A DNA stretch of 64,000 bases from Ramazzottius varieornatus (GCA_001949185.1 BDGG01000016.1:918777-982776); one strand, 5' to 3'. Shown: positions 49,301 through 62,039, numbered from the stretch's first letter. Notes: generated by a model from the sequence alone, not told the origin. Made by a program: numbers and translations.

Positions 49301-51027
49301 AAGTTGATACATTTACAGTGTACTGTACGCCGCAACTCGACTCTGAAGTCCATGCTGACTGCTTACAGATTATCATTTACCGGTACCAAGAGATTGCGCG
49401 CTTCGGAGTCATGCACTCCATCGCCGTCAACCTCTGCGTATGGTTCCGGACGCTGGTCGACGAAACCATCGATGAGTTTTCCAGAAAGTGGAGTGGTGAA
49501 GGCTATGATATCAAGGAAGCCACGCATAAATTACCAGACCTGATGAAGCTGGTGGCCGAAGATCCAGGATGGCATCCGCCGGCGCCGCCCTCTGCCGCTG
49601 TGACTTTTACAGCTTCACGAGGTACTGTACCTCCCCGAAGAATTCAAAACCGACACCGCTCTGTTAATCTACAGAAAATCCCAACCATCACTCCTTTTCT
49701 GTAACCCTAAATCATCAGTTCTTGCGGTCTAAATTTTCGTAGTACTGAGTTAAATTCCAAAAGACCATTTACGGCTGGCAAACGAAACTCTCGAGATTGT
49801 TGTCTCAAATAGCGCATCGCAGCATTGTAACTGGCTGAGAGCGTGCGCCACTCAAGACGGTGATCCTGCACGTCTCATTTGGCAGCCCCGTTTCCCAATT
49901 TTCGTTTTATTTCTCGTTTTATCATCATAAATCAATATTAGAATCAAAGTAGAAATTTTCAGGTACCGAAAACACCTCATGCATCATTTGAAGTAATATT
50001 ATTCCCGTGACCAAAAATGTCTGACGTGGTTCCTCCGTAATTTTTCCGGACGACGGTCAACTTATGATGTTTTCTAGGTGCCGATTCAAACCATACCTTA
50101 GCCTCATTGACCATCTGCCAAGCCGAGACGGTCCTGGCCAACATCGCCCAAGAAGCCGCACCCTACCTTTACCCCTTCACCATCGAATACACACTGATTG
50201 CCGCCGCCGTCTGGTACCTCATCTGGACCAACATTGACGCCCCCGAAGAGTCCCATCGTCCACCTCGTCCCTCTCCCTACATCGCCAACGATGAGCACAC
50301 CGGCTCCTCTGACCAACAGCACCACAGCAAGGGCACCTCCAGCATGATCCACGTCGACTGTCGCTCGACGAACCGCGGCCTCTTCCCCGGCATCCTGGTC
50401 CTGGTCTGCACGGTCATCAGCATCATCATCTTTTTCGTCACCATCGCCGCCGAAGAATACACAGCGACGGCTTTGATAATCAACAACGTTTCTGAGTTGT
50501 CTTTGTATTGCATAACCGCCATCGTAACGATATTCGCTTTCCGCGAAACGTCAAAGTTGAATCTGAATCCGTCGGCAATGAAGCATACGTTAGATGATTT
50601 CCTGCTCTTCATCGCTTTGCCGTGTTTCTTCATTTTCAGCTTCTTTAGCATTATAGCCGGTATCGCCGCCAAGAACCCGCTGTCGATCGTGGTCAACACG
50701 GCCTCGATGGTGCAGGTCATCTTGCAGACCACCTTCATCTTTGACGGACTGCGCCGATGCTCTAACGACCAAGGTCTGCAGAAAAAGAAGCCGGGCAGAG
50801 AGATGATCACCTTTCTGATTGTCTGTAACGTGGCCATGTGGACCTTCAGCACCTTCGAGATCAAGCGGTCCGAAACCAACCCCAGCCAGATGCTCTTTTA
50901 CGGAGAGTTCGAGTGGAGTATCATCTCGCATTTGTCAGTGCCGCTGACCATCTTTTATCGCTTCCACTCGTCGGTGTGCTTGGCTGATATTTGGAGATTT
51001 GCCTACCAACCAGCGGAGACCCACTAA
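46325..51027 (+). CDS. Otopetrin-family proton channel with long disordered N-terminus
   Basis: HAGSLYLKLGAV, ARFGVMHSIAVNLCVWFRTLVDE, YLYPFTIEYTLIAAAVW, VDCRSTNRGLF, KPGREMITFL, PLTIFYRFHSSVCLADIW. Confidence 0.93.
47376..47499. mobile_element. Palindromic element, otopetrin intron
   Basis: GGGACATCGGCGAA end. Core at 47413-47461 with N25. Confidence 0.7.
48852..49052. mobile_element. Palindromic element, two cores, otopetrin intron
   Basis: GGACGTCGGCAAAT...ATTTGTCGACGTCCC ends. Cores at about 48887 and 48966. Confidence 0.8.
49772..49889. mobile_element. Degenerate palindromic element, otopetrin intron
   Basis: Right arm GTGCGCCACTC intact, left arm decayed. Confidence 0.6.
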
Positions 51028-52094
51028 GAAAAAGACCACTTACCCTTATCGTGTATTCTATTTAGGCTTCTCACTTTTATTTTCTCAAAGCCATTTCTGT
51101 CACTTTCTATGCACAGTAATGTATTAGGTGCAGAAGTATAACTTGCAACTTTTCGGGCACTAGTTTTCAAATTTTTTCTGTAAATTTGGCCGATGTCCTT
51201 TCTCTTCTTCCCTATGCCATATGTTGTAGACCAACATTCTTCTTTTTTCTGCAGCAACAATCAGCCCCCTGCGTTGACAACAGGCAGAGAACGTTGAATT
51301 TAAAGCTGCAAGAGGAAGATTTTTTTCCTGCTTTTCTTGATTTTTTTCTCCGCGCCATAGCTCAACAGATTTTTGAAGCCAGTCATACCATTCATTAGAA
51401 GAGGGTTTAGGTCTTCGTAATGGCGGTCAGAAGTTACCTTACTGCGACTTCTGGAATTTGAAAAGCAAGAATTCCCGTTTTTCGGGGTGCAAAAACGATC
51501 TTCAAAATGCGTGATTTTAGCGGGGTGGCGAGAATTGACTTTGTCCTGCCTCACGGACTTCTTGTAAGCTCTCGATGGGCCGCTCGGCAGATTCGACAGG
51601 GTGGGCTTTATGTTCAGCCGAAGTCGATCCGCGATTGAACTCTTCCAGCTCGCGATCGTAGAACGTAGAATTTGGCTTTTGGTTTCATGTCCGGATTTCG
51701 ACCCGTACAACTTTAGCAGCCAAGGTTTTCAAAGAAACCTGATGAAGGTTTTGCAGGAACGTTTATCGGAGTATGATATGAACCCATAACAGGATTTCTG
51801 AAAGAATCTGGACGTCCGAGAAAATTGTTTGACCGTTGGTGCCACGTTTTTCGCAAAACGGTCAGTTTTACTAAATTAATTGTGCAGCACGACTAGTATT
51901 GACGATTTGATTATTCAGCAGCACATTCGAAAGGCAAATGATGGTGCATCACAGTGCAAAAGATTTGGAAGCAAACGCTTTTCCCGAAAGAAAGATATGA
52001 TTTTTTAAGATAGACGTTCAGAAAACAGTTGCAAGTCATACAATTCCGCACCTAAGAGCGTATAGTAAAATTGCACCCTGAATTCGACGTTAGG

Positions 52095-52274
52095 AACTTT
52101 AACTAGTGAAAAGGATATCAGAAACGAAGTTTTGCGGTAAGTGACCGTGAGAATTGGATTGAAGAAGAACTTACTCGAGGTTTCGTCCCAATGAACTTAT
52201 CGGCGAGCTGCAGTTTCATCTGGTCTTTGGATATCTGCGTTTCCAGGTCGATGATGGAACCTCGGCGTCGTCCA
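52095..52274 (-). repeat. Dispersed duplicate of kleisin gene segment 5218-5397 (part exon, part intron)
   Basis: Same orientation as the source. A central run of about 115 bp is identical (AAGTTTTGCGGTAAG...GATATCTGCGTTT). Confidence 0.95.
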
Positions 52275-52787
52275 ATGAACAACCCAATCACACTCGTAAC
52301 AAGTATTGCTTCATCCAGTTCATCGGACAGAGGTACTTGAAGTTCTACAGGGCAACACAGAGACGCTGTCACAATGAAAGCGAAGCGAACGGTGAACCGT
52401 AAACCACAGAGCTTTGGTTAAAGTCCCGGTGGACACTGGACAGTGGACATATCGGCATAACGAAACACGATATGACATGACATAAATTACAGCTCCACGC
52501 GAAGTTCGGCCTCTGGAAGCGTGCACGTGTAGCTTATTGGCTTATTTTTAGTGCTGCGCAAGTGCGACCCCGCCTTACCGAATGCGACGTCTTTTCATGC
52601 TGTCTATGTCTGCCAAAATCCGCAATGCGGAATCCGGATTCCTGATCGTTTCCTTCGATCGTAAAAGTTTCATTCGTACTTCGTTCTTTCGCTATTCCAC
52701 AGGCACTTGTTTGTTTTCTTGCGAGTAGACCCATCTTTGAGTGGCCTGTCGGGCAAGCGCAGGACATCCGGTGGAAAGCGTGCAAAG

Positions 52788-53966
52788 ATGGCTTCGGTGG
52801 CGACAGGACAGACTACGATCGGCTTTCCGGAGCCCGTTTCCTTCGTCATCGATCTGACCATTCCCAAGTTTTCATCTCTGATAACCCAGACTGATGGCAT
52901 TGAGTCCGCCGAGGTGCTGACATGCAAATCCAGTTGGACACTGAAACTTTATCCGCTAGAGACGACCGACGAGGGAACCAGTTGTGTAGCTGCTTACTTC
53001 TATCGGAAATGCCTCAATAATAATGATCGTCCGATAATCTACGTGGAGAGCCAATTCAGGTTAGTAGAACTTTGAGTTTTGTATCAGCAGGTGGTCATGT
53101 TTGTACCGTTATTGACTTCCCTGTAACGTATAGAGCTCAGTTCTCAGCAGATGATACGCGTACTGTATTTCTTAGCGTCATGACTGTGAAGAATGGGACG
53201 GCTTCAAAGGCAACTTGGAAATTCTGTCGGGATTTTCACCAGCTTTTCGGATTAATCCCGCCCACGGAAACCCAACAGAGGTACGGAGCACGACCGCTCA
53301 TTCTTCATTCTAGTCTTTGGGGAGACGGTGCAACTCTTCACCTTGACCATGATACGCTGACTTGAGGCAAGGTGCACGGTCCTAGAAGAATACCAAAAGT
53401 ACCGAAGTCGCCTGATGAGTGACGTCTTGCTGAAAAGGAACACCAAAATGCACTCCTCGGATATTGGCCGTGACTTTGTCTTGGTCTCCTCTGAGGGGAC
53501 CGAGCATCCAGTCCATAAGGTTGTTTTGAGTGCTGCGTCCCCCGTCTTTTGTCGAATGTTCAGTTCAAACCTGGAAGAATGTAAGACTGGCCGATGTGAG
53601 ATTCCGGACATTGACGACGCCACCCTGACCGGACTTGTGCGTTACATGTATCTGGGCTGCCTGGAGTGTGTGAAGGAAGATGCCAAGAAGCTGCTGGCCG
53701 CAGCCGATAAGTACCAAGTCTTGGATCTGAAGAACCACTGCCAGAATGTACTGATCGACAACCTGAACATGGACAATGTGGTGGACTTGCTGTTTTTTGC
53801 CCAACAGATGGTCACTGCCGAACTGAAACAAGCGGCGCTTCGATACATGGCTGCTGACCCCGGAAAGACCATGGCTTCTGCTGGTATGGACAGTCTGCTT
53901 GGTTCTGGAAAGACGGAGTTGATCACTGAGGTCTTCACCGCTATGCTCAAACTACCCAAGAATTGA
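52788..53966 (+). pseudogene. MATH-BTB (SPOP/TDPOZ-like) gene with an apparent frameshift between the MATH and BTB domains
   Basis: MATH-like SWTLKLYP...VAAYF and BTB motifs DFVLVSSEGTEHPVHKVVLSAASPVFCRMF and LLAAADKYQVLDLKNHC. The MATH frame hits TGA at 53363-53365, while the BTB frame continues LEARCTVLEEY. Confidence 0.7.
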
Positions 53967-54339
53967 TCCTTGGCTCTGGCGAAACGTTGGTACTTTTCTC
54001 TGATAGCCTTCTCTTTTAGCGATTCATGCTTTGTTCCCTGCAACTGGTTCAGGCACTTCAATGATACAGTTCAGCTGGAGAGAACCTTGGTTGTGAGTAC
54101 GGGCAGATAGATATATTGCAGTAATACAACGATATCAATTCTTTTAGTTTTATAAAGTCATAATGCAGTGCAACCAGTATGAAACGATTCAAGTTACAAA
54201 AGAAGAATACAAAGAGATCAAAATGAGAAGTGCCCTTCTCGCGTCTGGTTACTGAGATCTTTCGTGGGGAAAACATACATTGGTAAGTTCTAAAGGCTTG
54301 TTGTCGGAATTCCCTGCAATGAAGAATATTCGGTGGCAC

Positions 54340-56166
54340 TCAGTATTCCATGATAAGCGGAAAGCCCGACAAGCCTACCTGTCGAGAATCATCGGGGCAG
54401 AACTCAATCCTGGCCACCCTCTGGATCTCCGACAGCTCCGTCTGGCTTTCCGTCATTTGGTCCTTCCTCGCTTCCGCGGTCTTCTTCTGGTGCAGCCTTA
54501 ACATCACCCCACCGATATCCACCGGCGCCGCTTTGATGCCCACCGGCAGACTATTCCTGACTGAGTCTTGCCATATGCGGTCCGAGGCTCTGTAATTGAT
54601 CGGGTACGACGTTCGTTCCCTCCTCTGCGTGGAATTGTAACCACTCTCCGGCTGGCTCAAGTCATCCATAGATTTTGACGGTCTCAACTCGTCAAACTTC
54701 CGGCCGTTCGAAGCGGACCTTGTCAGCTGCATACACGCCATATCTAACAGCCTTTCGGTCGTCAAAACTTGACCAGTACTCGCTTGATACATCCGACAAG
54801 ACTGGCAGGAAGAATCATTGTTAGACATATTCGAAATATTGTTTAAGCGAATTATTTCTTGTTCCAGTTCTTCGATTCTCAGCATCAGCGTCGTGACGCT
54901 CTGTTCCGCGGCGTAGGATGATTCGACCGTGAAGGGTTGCCCACAGAGTGTAGCGGTGGAAGAAGTGGAGAGTTGGACGGCGAGAGCGGAAGGGACTCGG
55001 CCGGTTTCGGCAATGTTGGTCAGGTAGTTGCGCGAATCGGACTTGTCGGCGGAAGAGACTGTCATAGAGCCGGAGCGTTCGGTGATGAGATCGAGGATAC
55101 GCCAGAGCCGAAGGAGGATGATAAGCTGGGAGACCTGGCGACCGAGAGTGAAGCCGCCTTGGAGGACGGTCAGGTTGATAGCGAAGGAGGTGATGGTCAG
55201 GAAGAAGTCGAAGAGATCCCAGTAGTGGCGCCATAATCGCTTCCCCCGGATGAACAGACGCAGCACCACCTATAAAGATAACGTTGCAGTGCGCCACTAA
55301 ACCGAAGTCGTTCGAATTTCGATCGTAAATGAAAAACTTACCTCTATCACGAGAATAACGAAGATGAACGTGGTTGTGTATTGTAGTGGCCGACTTAGGT
55401 TGTCTTCTACAAAAGAGAAAAATCCGTCCATTCAATCACACGATAAGCTGCGAGAAAAACCTATCGCCTTTTATGAAGTCGGGCGAAAACCCTAAAGCGT
55501 GGTCTCTACTCGATCATTTTTCTGCTTAGCGTTCGTTCATATTCAAATGCATGTTTAACAGTCGGGGGTGAGAGACCACAAAAGTCTGCTTTGTACAAAA
55601 CAGCCTTCATAGTTCATATGGAATGCATAGCTGTCGTGCGCTGTTGAAGCACAGCCACGCGCTTCGTCACGGTCAACTTGCGCACCAACAACAAAGCGTT
55701 GACATCAAGGTGGTCAACAGTCATTCATTACGATTGTACTCTCTTCAGTGATGGCGCTTGTTTATATAAGACCGCTCTGCAGTCAATTAAACGCATAATG
55801 ATGCACGTACCAATATTAGTCAGGGTGGACGTTGGACATCGGACGGAAGCGGTCGCCGTTGCATTGGACTTTGCATACGTCGTGCCGTTGTTGTTATTGC
55901 ACAGATTGTCCAAAGGAGAAAGCAACTCTGGAAAAAGCACGGAAAGTCAACATGAATACCGGCTTAACGAACATTCAAGCGCGTCTTTAACTTGGCGCGC
56001 TTCTTTTCTTACCTTGAAGGGTGATATAAAGGAGGAGAAGTAGGAAAACAAGCAGTCCTTGAGCGATGATAAGAGCTACCGTGGCCAGCGTTGCGCAAGT
56101 ACTGTGCAGTACGGGTGTCAGCCATTGACGAAATCTGTAATTATTGACATTACACCCCAAATCCAT
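54340..56166 (-). CDS. Voltage-sensor-domain-only protein, Hv1/TMEM266-like, with C-terminal coiled coil
   Basis: Four exons give S1 (ALIIAQGLLVFLLLLL), S2 (FIFVILVIEVVLRLF), S3 (WDLFDFFLTITSFAIN), S4 (LIILLRLWRILDLI), then coiled coil LRIEELEQEIIRL. No pore domain. The 5' end is uncertain, with a possible upstream exon near 57773-57577. Confidence 0.8.
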
Positions 56167-57352
56167 TGTACGGCCTCTCTTTTTCCATACAGTCCCCCAG
56201 GTATAATTAGACAATTGTGTCAAAAGCAATGCGTAGTGCGCCATTCAGAAGACATAATCGCAGCGTGGGAAAAAATCACGAAAAATTTTCTCTCAACAAA
56301 AAGACACACAACGAACCAAGCTGTCCATTTGGTACCTGGGCAAAAAATGATACAACAGAGCTCCAGCATAATTTTCTCCGAAAGCCATTAATATCAATTA
56401 CGCTTCAACAGAAGACTTCGATGTAAATGCATTCCGAGAAGAAGCTTTCTCAACGGGCGTCTTTGCATTTTTCAATCAGACTAAAACGATTGACTTTTCA
56501 CTCTACAGCAAAAACAACTGTAAGCTAAGGCAGAGTAGAGACGCTCTTCAGCCGTCTTTCGAATGAAAAACCTGATCAAAGAGAGGTGCGATACTCTTCA
56601 GGTACGGCTGGATCAGCTCCAGCGAGTCTCGCATCTACCAATTTTAAAGTCGATCGATCTCGTGGATGAATGCTCTAGCTGTAAAGCGTGGCTCACTACA
56701 GTGCGTTACTCTAAAGGGTGGTCGACATTTTGCAGTGCACCTGTGAGGTATTAGGTAGAGAAGGAAGAGTTACAGTTGCGTCACGCAGCAGCAATCAACA
56801 GGAGCCTGGACGCGCGAACGTGCCACGGCCCCATTATGGCGCGCAACTGGACGGAACAGCCATTCCCCTGGCACACCGTCTACACCTCGCACGTACTTCA
56901 AGCCTGTATTTTAATATCGATCAATATTCTTCCCTGTCAATATCCGTTGGGACTGAGCTTCCTTTCAGCTGTAACATAATCGTGCCTGTACCGTAAAATA
57001 TCAAAACAACCCACACGCATGCGACACATGCCTTTGACTCCCTCCCAAACTTAAATGCGGTCGTCCTTCTTCCCTACAGCAGGACCAATATGGCTTCCCT
57101 GAAGACTAAAATTAAGGTCGATGACGGTGAAACACGATCGATATTGTAACCTGGATAATCTCACTAATCATAACCACTGTTATCGTCGGCAAACTTAGCC
57201 GGTGGAGTGTACGGTTGACACAGTTTCCATCCAAGCGGGCTAACTGACTTCCGGTGCGAAGGGAATCTATCCACACCAGCTACTTCCGGTCAAGAGTACC
57301 CTTTCTCGATGCTTGCACACCAAGTGAGAGAGACCATGGTGTAAAAGTAAAA

Positions 57353-57553
57353 CGGGAGCTCGGCAAAGCAAACTGGACAAGATCGTTGCTCCAAGTGGCG
57401 CACGCGGTCAGGCAGCAACACTGGAAGAGTGCGCCAGTTGGAGTAAAACTCGACAGGATCGTTTCTCGAAGTGGCCCACAATTTCAACCAAAAAAGCTGA
57501 TACCGTCCGCCGCTCGAAAAATCAACCTCGTCAAGTTTGTTGGCCAAGCTCTC
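57353..57553. mobile_element. Palindromic element, two cores, upstream of or intronic to the Hv-like gene
   Basis: GGGAGCTCGGCAAA...TTGGCCAAGCTCTC ends. Cores at 57391 and about 57467. Confidence 0.8.
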
Positions 57554-58814
57554 AAATACAGAATTGACTTGCTTACCGAAAGGAGGCTTTCCAGCACTTG
57601 CGGAAGAGCGAGCGGTAGAGAGGTCGAGCCGACGGGAACTTTTGCTGCAGGTTATTGGGGATGGGTGCCGGAACGAAGATAGAGATGTATCGTTGGGCAT
57701 CTTGCTTCCAGTTGGCGGTATTTTCCATCTTGATACGGCCCGACCTCATCGGAGAAGACTGCTGCGCATCCAAGCCCGTCCACTACCCAGCACCAGAAAC
57801 TACTTCCTTGTTGGGTCGTTCTTTATTCCAGCTTTGGCTTTTGGAACCCAACCCTAGGTCATGGACAAACTACAAAGAAAAATAAAGCGCGTTAGTCAAA
57901 GCAAGCTCTGAGCTCAACTCAAGATTATACCAAGATCAAAACCCAGTGTTGGGTCTGTTACAAAAGTGATGCGTGCATCCGGGCCATAGGCGTATTCTCA
58001 GAGAGTCTTTGTAGTAGAATTATACGCAGCAGCGCGCAACAGGTATGCACGATCGCGACGCTCAGTGGACAAAAAATCAAAACCGGTATGCATATAGCTT
58101 TTTACCCTTTGTCAGACGCGGGAGAAAAAACAAGACAGCGCGCTAAGACTCTAAGAGTCCGCCAAAGAAAGAAAAGGTACGAGATGCATTTCAACCTACT
58201 GAACAACACGACGCATAACGGACCTTCCATATCAAAACACCGTACAATAAGAGCACGTTCAAGTTCTTGCAGGTTCATTTGGTATGAAGCTCAAGGTAGA
58301 ATATTCAGTATACTGTTAAAATGGAGTAACGAGAAAGTCTGACAGTGCAGTAAGGAAAATAAGGAAGGAGGCTTGAGGTTTTGATGATGATGAGAGTGTT
58401 AAATGTGACAGATGTCTTGTTTGTTTTTAATCAACGGACTGAAAGACGCCGATTCAATTTCACCTGGTTGCAAAGTGTCAGCGACAGTCCGTTATGCAAA
58501 ACAGGTATCGAAGCTCAAGAGAGAGAGTAAAGCTGCCGAATAACTCTCGAGCTTGATGTCAGATCTACGAGGAGCCACTCATCTACACACGCAGCCATTG
58601 GACAGCCAGAAGTGCCAAGTAGCCATCGGCTCATAATACCACATAGCTCTGTGATAATACAGTTCCCAAGAGCTGACGAACACTTGAAAGGACCGCACCG
58701 AATCTAGTTCACTTCGGTGCTCACCTTGTGCGTTCGAAGTGGAGAACGTTCCACTGAGGTCCGAGTCTGTATTGATCGAAGTTTCTTCCAGAAAGTTGAC
58801 TACAGGAACTCAAT

Positions 58815-59013
58815 GGAGTTCGGCCAACCATCTCCACCAGATCGTTTTCGCGAGTGGCGCACGCTAACAGCCAGTATTACTGAAAGCGTGCGCCGCTTGA
58901 GAAAACATTCAGCGTCGACGAGTTTTTTCCAAGTGGTGCAGGCTTCCAGGCATTATCACTGGAAACGTGCGCCGCTTGGAAGAACGGCCCCTTCAAACTG
59001 TTCGCCTAGCTTC
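58815..59013. mobile_element. Palindromic element, two cores, intergenic
   Basis: Cores at 58850 and 58929. Confidence 0.8.
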
Positions 59014-60285
59014 CATGGTGTCTTCACTATCCAAAGATTTGCTAGATAGTTCAATATATGTCAAAAGTAGAATAATTGACCAGGAAGTAGATGACGCTCA
59101 AAGCATACCTCGGTAATTTTATATGATCAAATTTTATATGATTATACTCAGGAGAGAAAGGTTAGTCGAAAATTCATTGTATTCTGACATTAAAGTAAAA
59201 TTAATGATGTTTTATTGTCCGAAGATTAAGTCGACAACAAAGACAAATATGGTGATTAAGTTGGAAGGCCGTCGACTCTTACATCACAGATGTAAATATA
59301 TTCTGCATACGTTACACACGCCTGACTGACCGCTGTCAATGTCAAGCCTGTCTTTTAATAAGCTCGCTTTCGCCACGCTTTAGCAAGCTGGCAAAATCTG
59401 CCGGTAGTTCCAGACTTTATTTGTTTTACGAGCATCAAGTAATTATTCAAGTTTGACAACTAATGACGGGCAAGTGCTCAGCGTTTGTTCAAACACCATC
59501 AGTGATCACGTGAACGTCAAAAACAATGACATTATTACAACTACTGTTGCGCTACAACATCATCATCAAGGTGGGTACACAAGTACGCTTACTTACTTCG
59601 TACAGGTTCATCTCCGAGGCTCATCTTCGACCTTGGATCCGTAACAGACTTTTCCATGGATCAGTGAGGCATCTGCAACAGATCAAGAACAAGCGTTACA
59701 TAACAGGCTTGGTCGGAAATAAATATAGTACCACATTCTTTCCTGCAGACCCAAGGGATACCTTCACATACTGCACTTTGGAGAAAGCTACAAATCCAGA
59801 AGCTGAAGCTCATGAAATTCTACTGCCAAATCCTGAAATAGCTGATGAGCGAAATCTGACCCTAAAACTGTAATACATCCTCATGCGCTCACGCTGTACA
59901 TGTACGGGAGAAAAGCAGCAAACTGAACTTTGACTAGAGACTCGTTTTTATGGCCAGCACAGAATAAAGTTTGCTGCTCTTTGTAATGAGGAATATGTTT
60001 TGATAGAAGATCCGAGCGGACACCAAACTTTTATGAGGTAAACTTTACATGGAAGTAAACAAGGCCCATTAGTCCATTACCATTAGCGTACTGACACGAG
60101 ACGACAGCACAATGGATGACATGGAATTGTTTTCCCATGACGAGGAAGGCGAGCAGGTCTCACCGGACGAAACGCAGAACACATCCGCGCGGAAGTGCTG
60201 TCTGTCTTTCACTTTATCTTACCTACAGTTTTTGTGATGGCTGACGGGTCGAACCGGCAGGATTTGGGATGTCTGTGAGAGATTC

Positions 60286-61736
60286 ATGGCCCTCATTCAC
60301 TCTTGTTGCTGGTGGAACAATGTGAGTATCAAAACGTCCCTTTGTGGGGAAAAATTTTTTTAAACATTACCCCTTTCTAACTGAACCCAAACATGGTTCA
60401 TCGATAGGTCACTTATGGAAGTTATGGAAGCGCGGTTTACAGTTTTGTAAGTCGAGGAATATTATTCTGGCGCTTTGCTACAATACTGCTTCGCAACGTT
60501 CTTGTTTCAGCTATTGGGAACCATTTTCACCATCCTCGTGGTCTACGACGTTCAACCCTTCCACTTCTTCGGCCACATGAGAGGTACAGTCTTCAACCTC
60601 CACGCTTTAGAAATCTACTCTATGATTTTTGGTGGAAATATAGCATTGCAGGGGAGAATTACGCTGCGGTTGTGGTGGGAAGCTACCTACAGGTCGCTTC
60701 TGGTCTAACCCTATGCTTGACCGCGTGCACCCTTGCAATGGGAGTCTTTCACGCTATTCGGCAACTGTTACTCCCATGGATCATCAGTATGTTCTTGTTT
60801 ACCTTGGTGCTATTTGCGGGGAACTTACGTCTACTGGTCCGCGAAGTTCCCGGCTCCGCTGACAGAAGCGGGGCGGATGCGCTGGTCATCCTTGTATCAA
60901 TGGTCTTCTGCGTACTCAATGTAAGGTCCAAGCTTCCCTCACTGAATTTATTCGTTCGATCAGAACGTGAAATGTCCGCCGAATTTTAAGGCTTACGGAG
61001 AACTCTGCGTAATCTCTCTCTACCAAAATCTGTGCATGGATCCCTCTCGTGGAACCAAGGACGTCTTACCGGAGAAGGTACGTTTTCAACTACCCAGTTT
61101 CCCTCTGTGTCCTGTTGAAAACGTTTTTCTTCGCCGTGCCGCTTGTTTGTTGATCTATACTGTAACAGGCTTTTAATCGTGAGTCACTTTAGCTGAAGCT
61201 CGGCCTCGGCAAATGAACCTGCCCAGTTCGTTTTCCCAAGTGGCGCACGCTCGCGGCTTTTTACGATGAGATCGTGCGCCACTTGAAACAGCGACCTGAA
61301 TGAAATCATTTCGCCGACGTCTTAGGTACCTATTGAAAGTTCGGTTTTTCATGTTCACTTACAGGCATCCGTCAGCTACTTCCGGCGAGGCAGCTACGAC
61401 ACGAACGATGCGTGGAACCAGCACGCTATCATCGTAGCGGAAGCCGGAGGTCCTTCCACCAACTCCATCCAGATACTCGCCCATGCCGCCAGGGAAAGCA
61501 TGAAAGTCAAGACGGCAGTCATACCTCCACCTCCGCTTCCGCCTTCCACCAGCACCGACAAACCCCAGAGTCCTCCTCAGTACGCCTCGACTTCCAAACA
61601 AGCCTTGTCCAAGCTCATCCCAGCTGCTCCAAGAATGGTCAATTTATTCAATACAGTCAAGCAATTTCGAGTACAGCAGCCGGAGCAAATCGTCCCGAGT
61701 ACCCAAGACAAGTTTATTCAAGTCAACCGCGTCTAA
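60286..61736 (+). CDS. Four-TM protein, pasiflora/DUF4728-like
   Basis: MALIHSCCWWNN|VTYGSYGSAVYSF, LAMGVFHAIRQLLLPWI, LCVISLYQNL, then a proline-rich cytosolic tail. Confidence 0.65.
61195..61322. mobile_element. Palindromic element, intron of the tetraspan gene
   Basis: Core at 61236-61285 with N25. Right end GCCGACGTC. Confidence 0.8.
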
Positions 61737-61867
61737 AAACATTGTACCACCAAAATGTACCTGAGTGTGACAGCCGCTTTATCCCTGACGAAGTCAGCTC
61801 TGGAAAGACATGCGATGTATTTTTTGAACTAGAAGCCTAAAAACAAAATATGATGTAATTATTGAAA

Positions 61868-61997
61868 TGGCAGTTCGGCAACAATCTCCACAAGAACGTT
61901 TTTCCAAGTGGCGCACGCATCCAGCCACTAAGACCAGAAACCTGCGCCTTTTGAGGAAAACAGACTTGTCAAGTTTGTTCACGGTTCACCGAGCTTT
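61868..61997. mobile_element. Palindromic element between convergent 3' ends
   Basis: Core at 61904-61953 with N25. Confidence 0.7.
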
Positions 61998-62039
61998 CAA
62001 ATACTGCAAAAGGAACTAAAAACCCAGTGGAAGCACGTA

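Noticed and set aside
50277-50931. Long antisense ORFs over otopetrin (similar ones overlie DDX41, PPP4R2 and the Hv-like gene)
   Set aside because: Shadow ORFs arising from codon bias on the coding strand.
59526-59873. 115-aa ORF in an AT-rich stretch as a transposase remnant
   Set aside because: No DDE, RT or helicase motif is visible.
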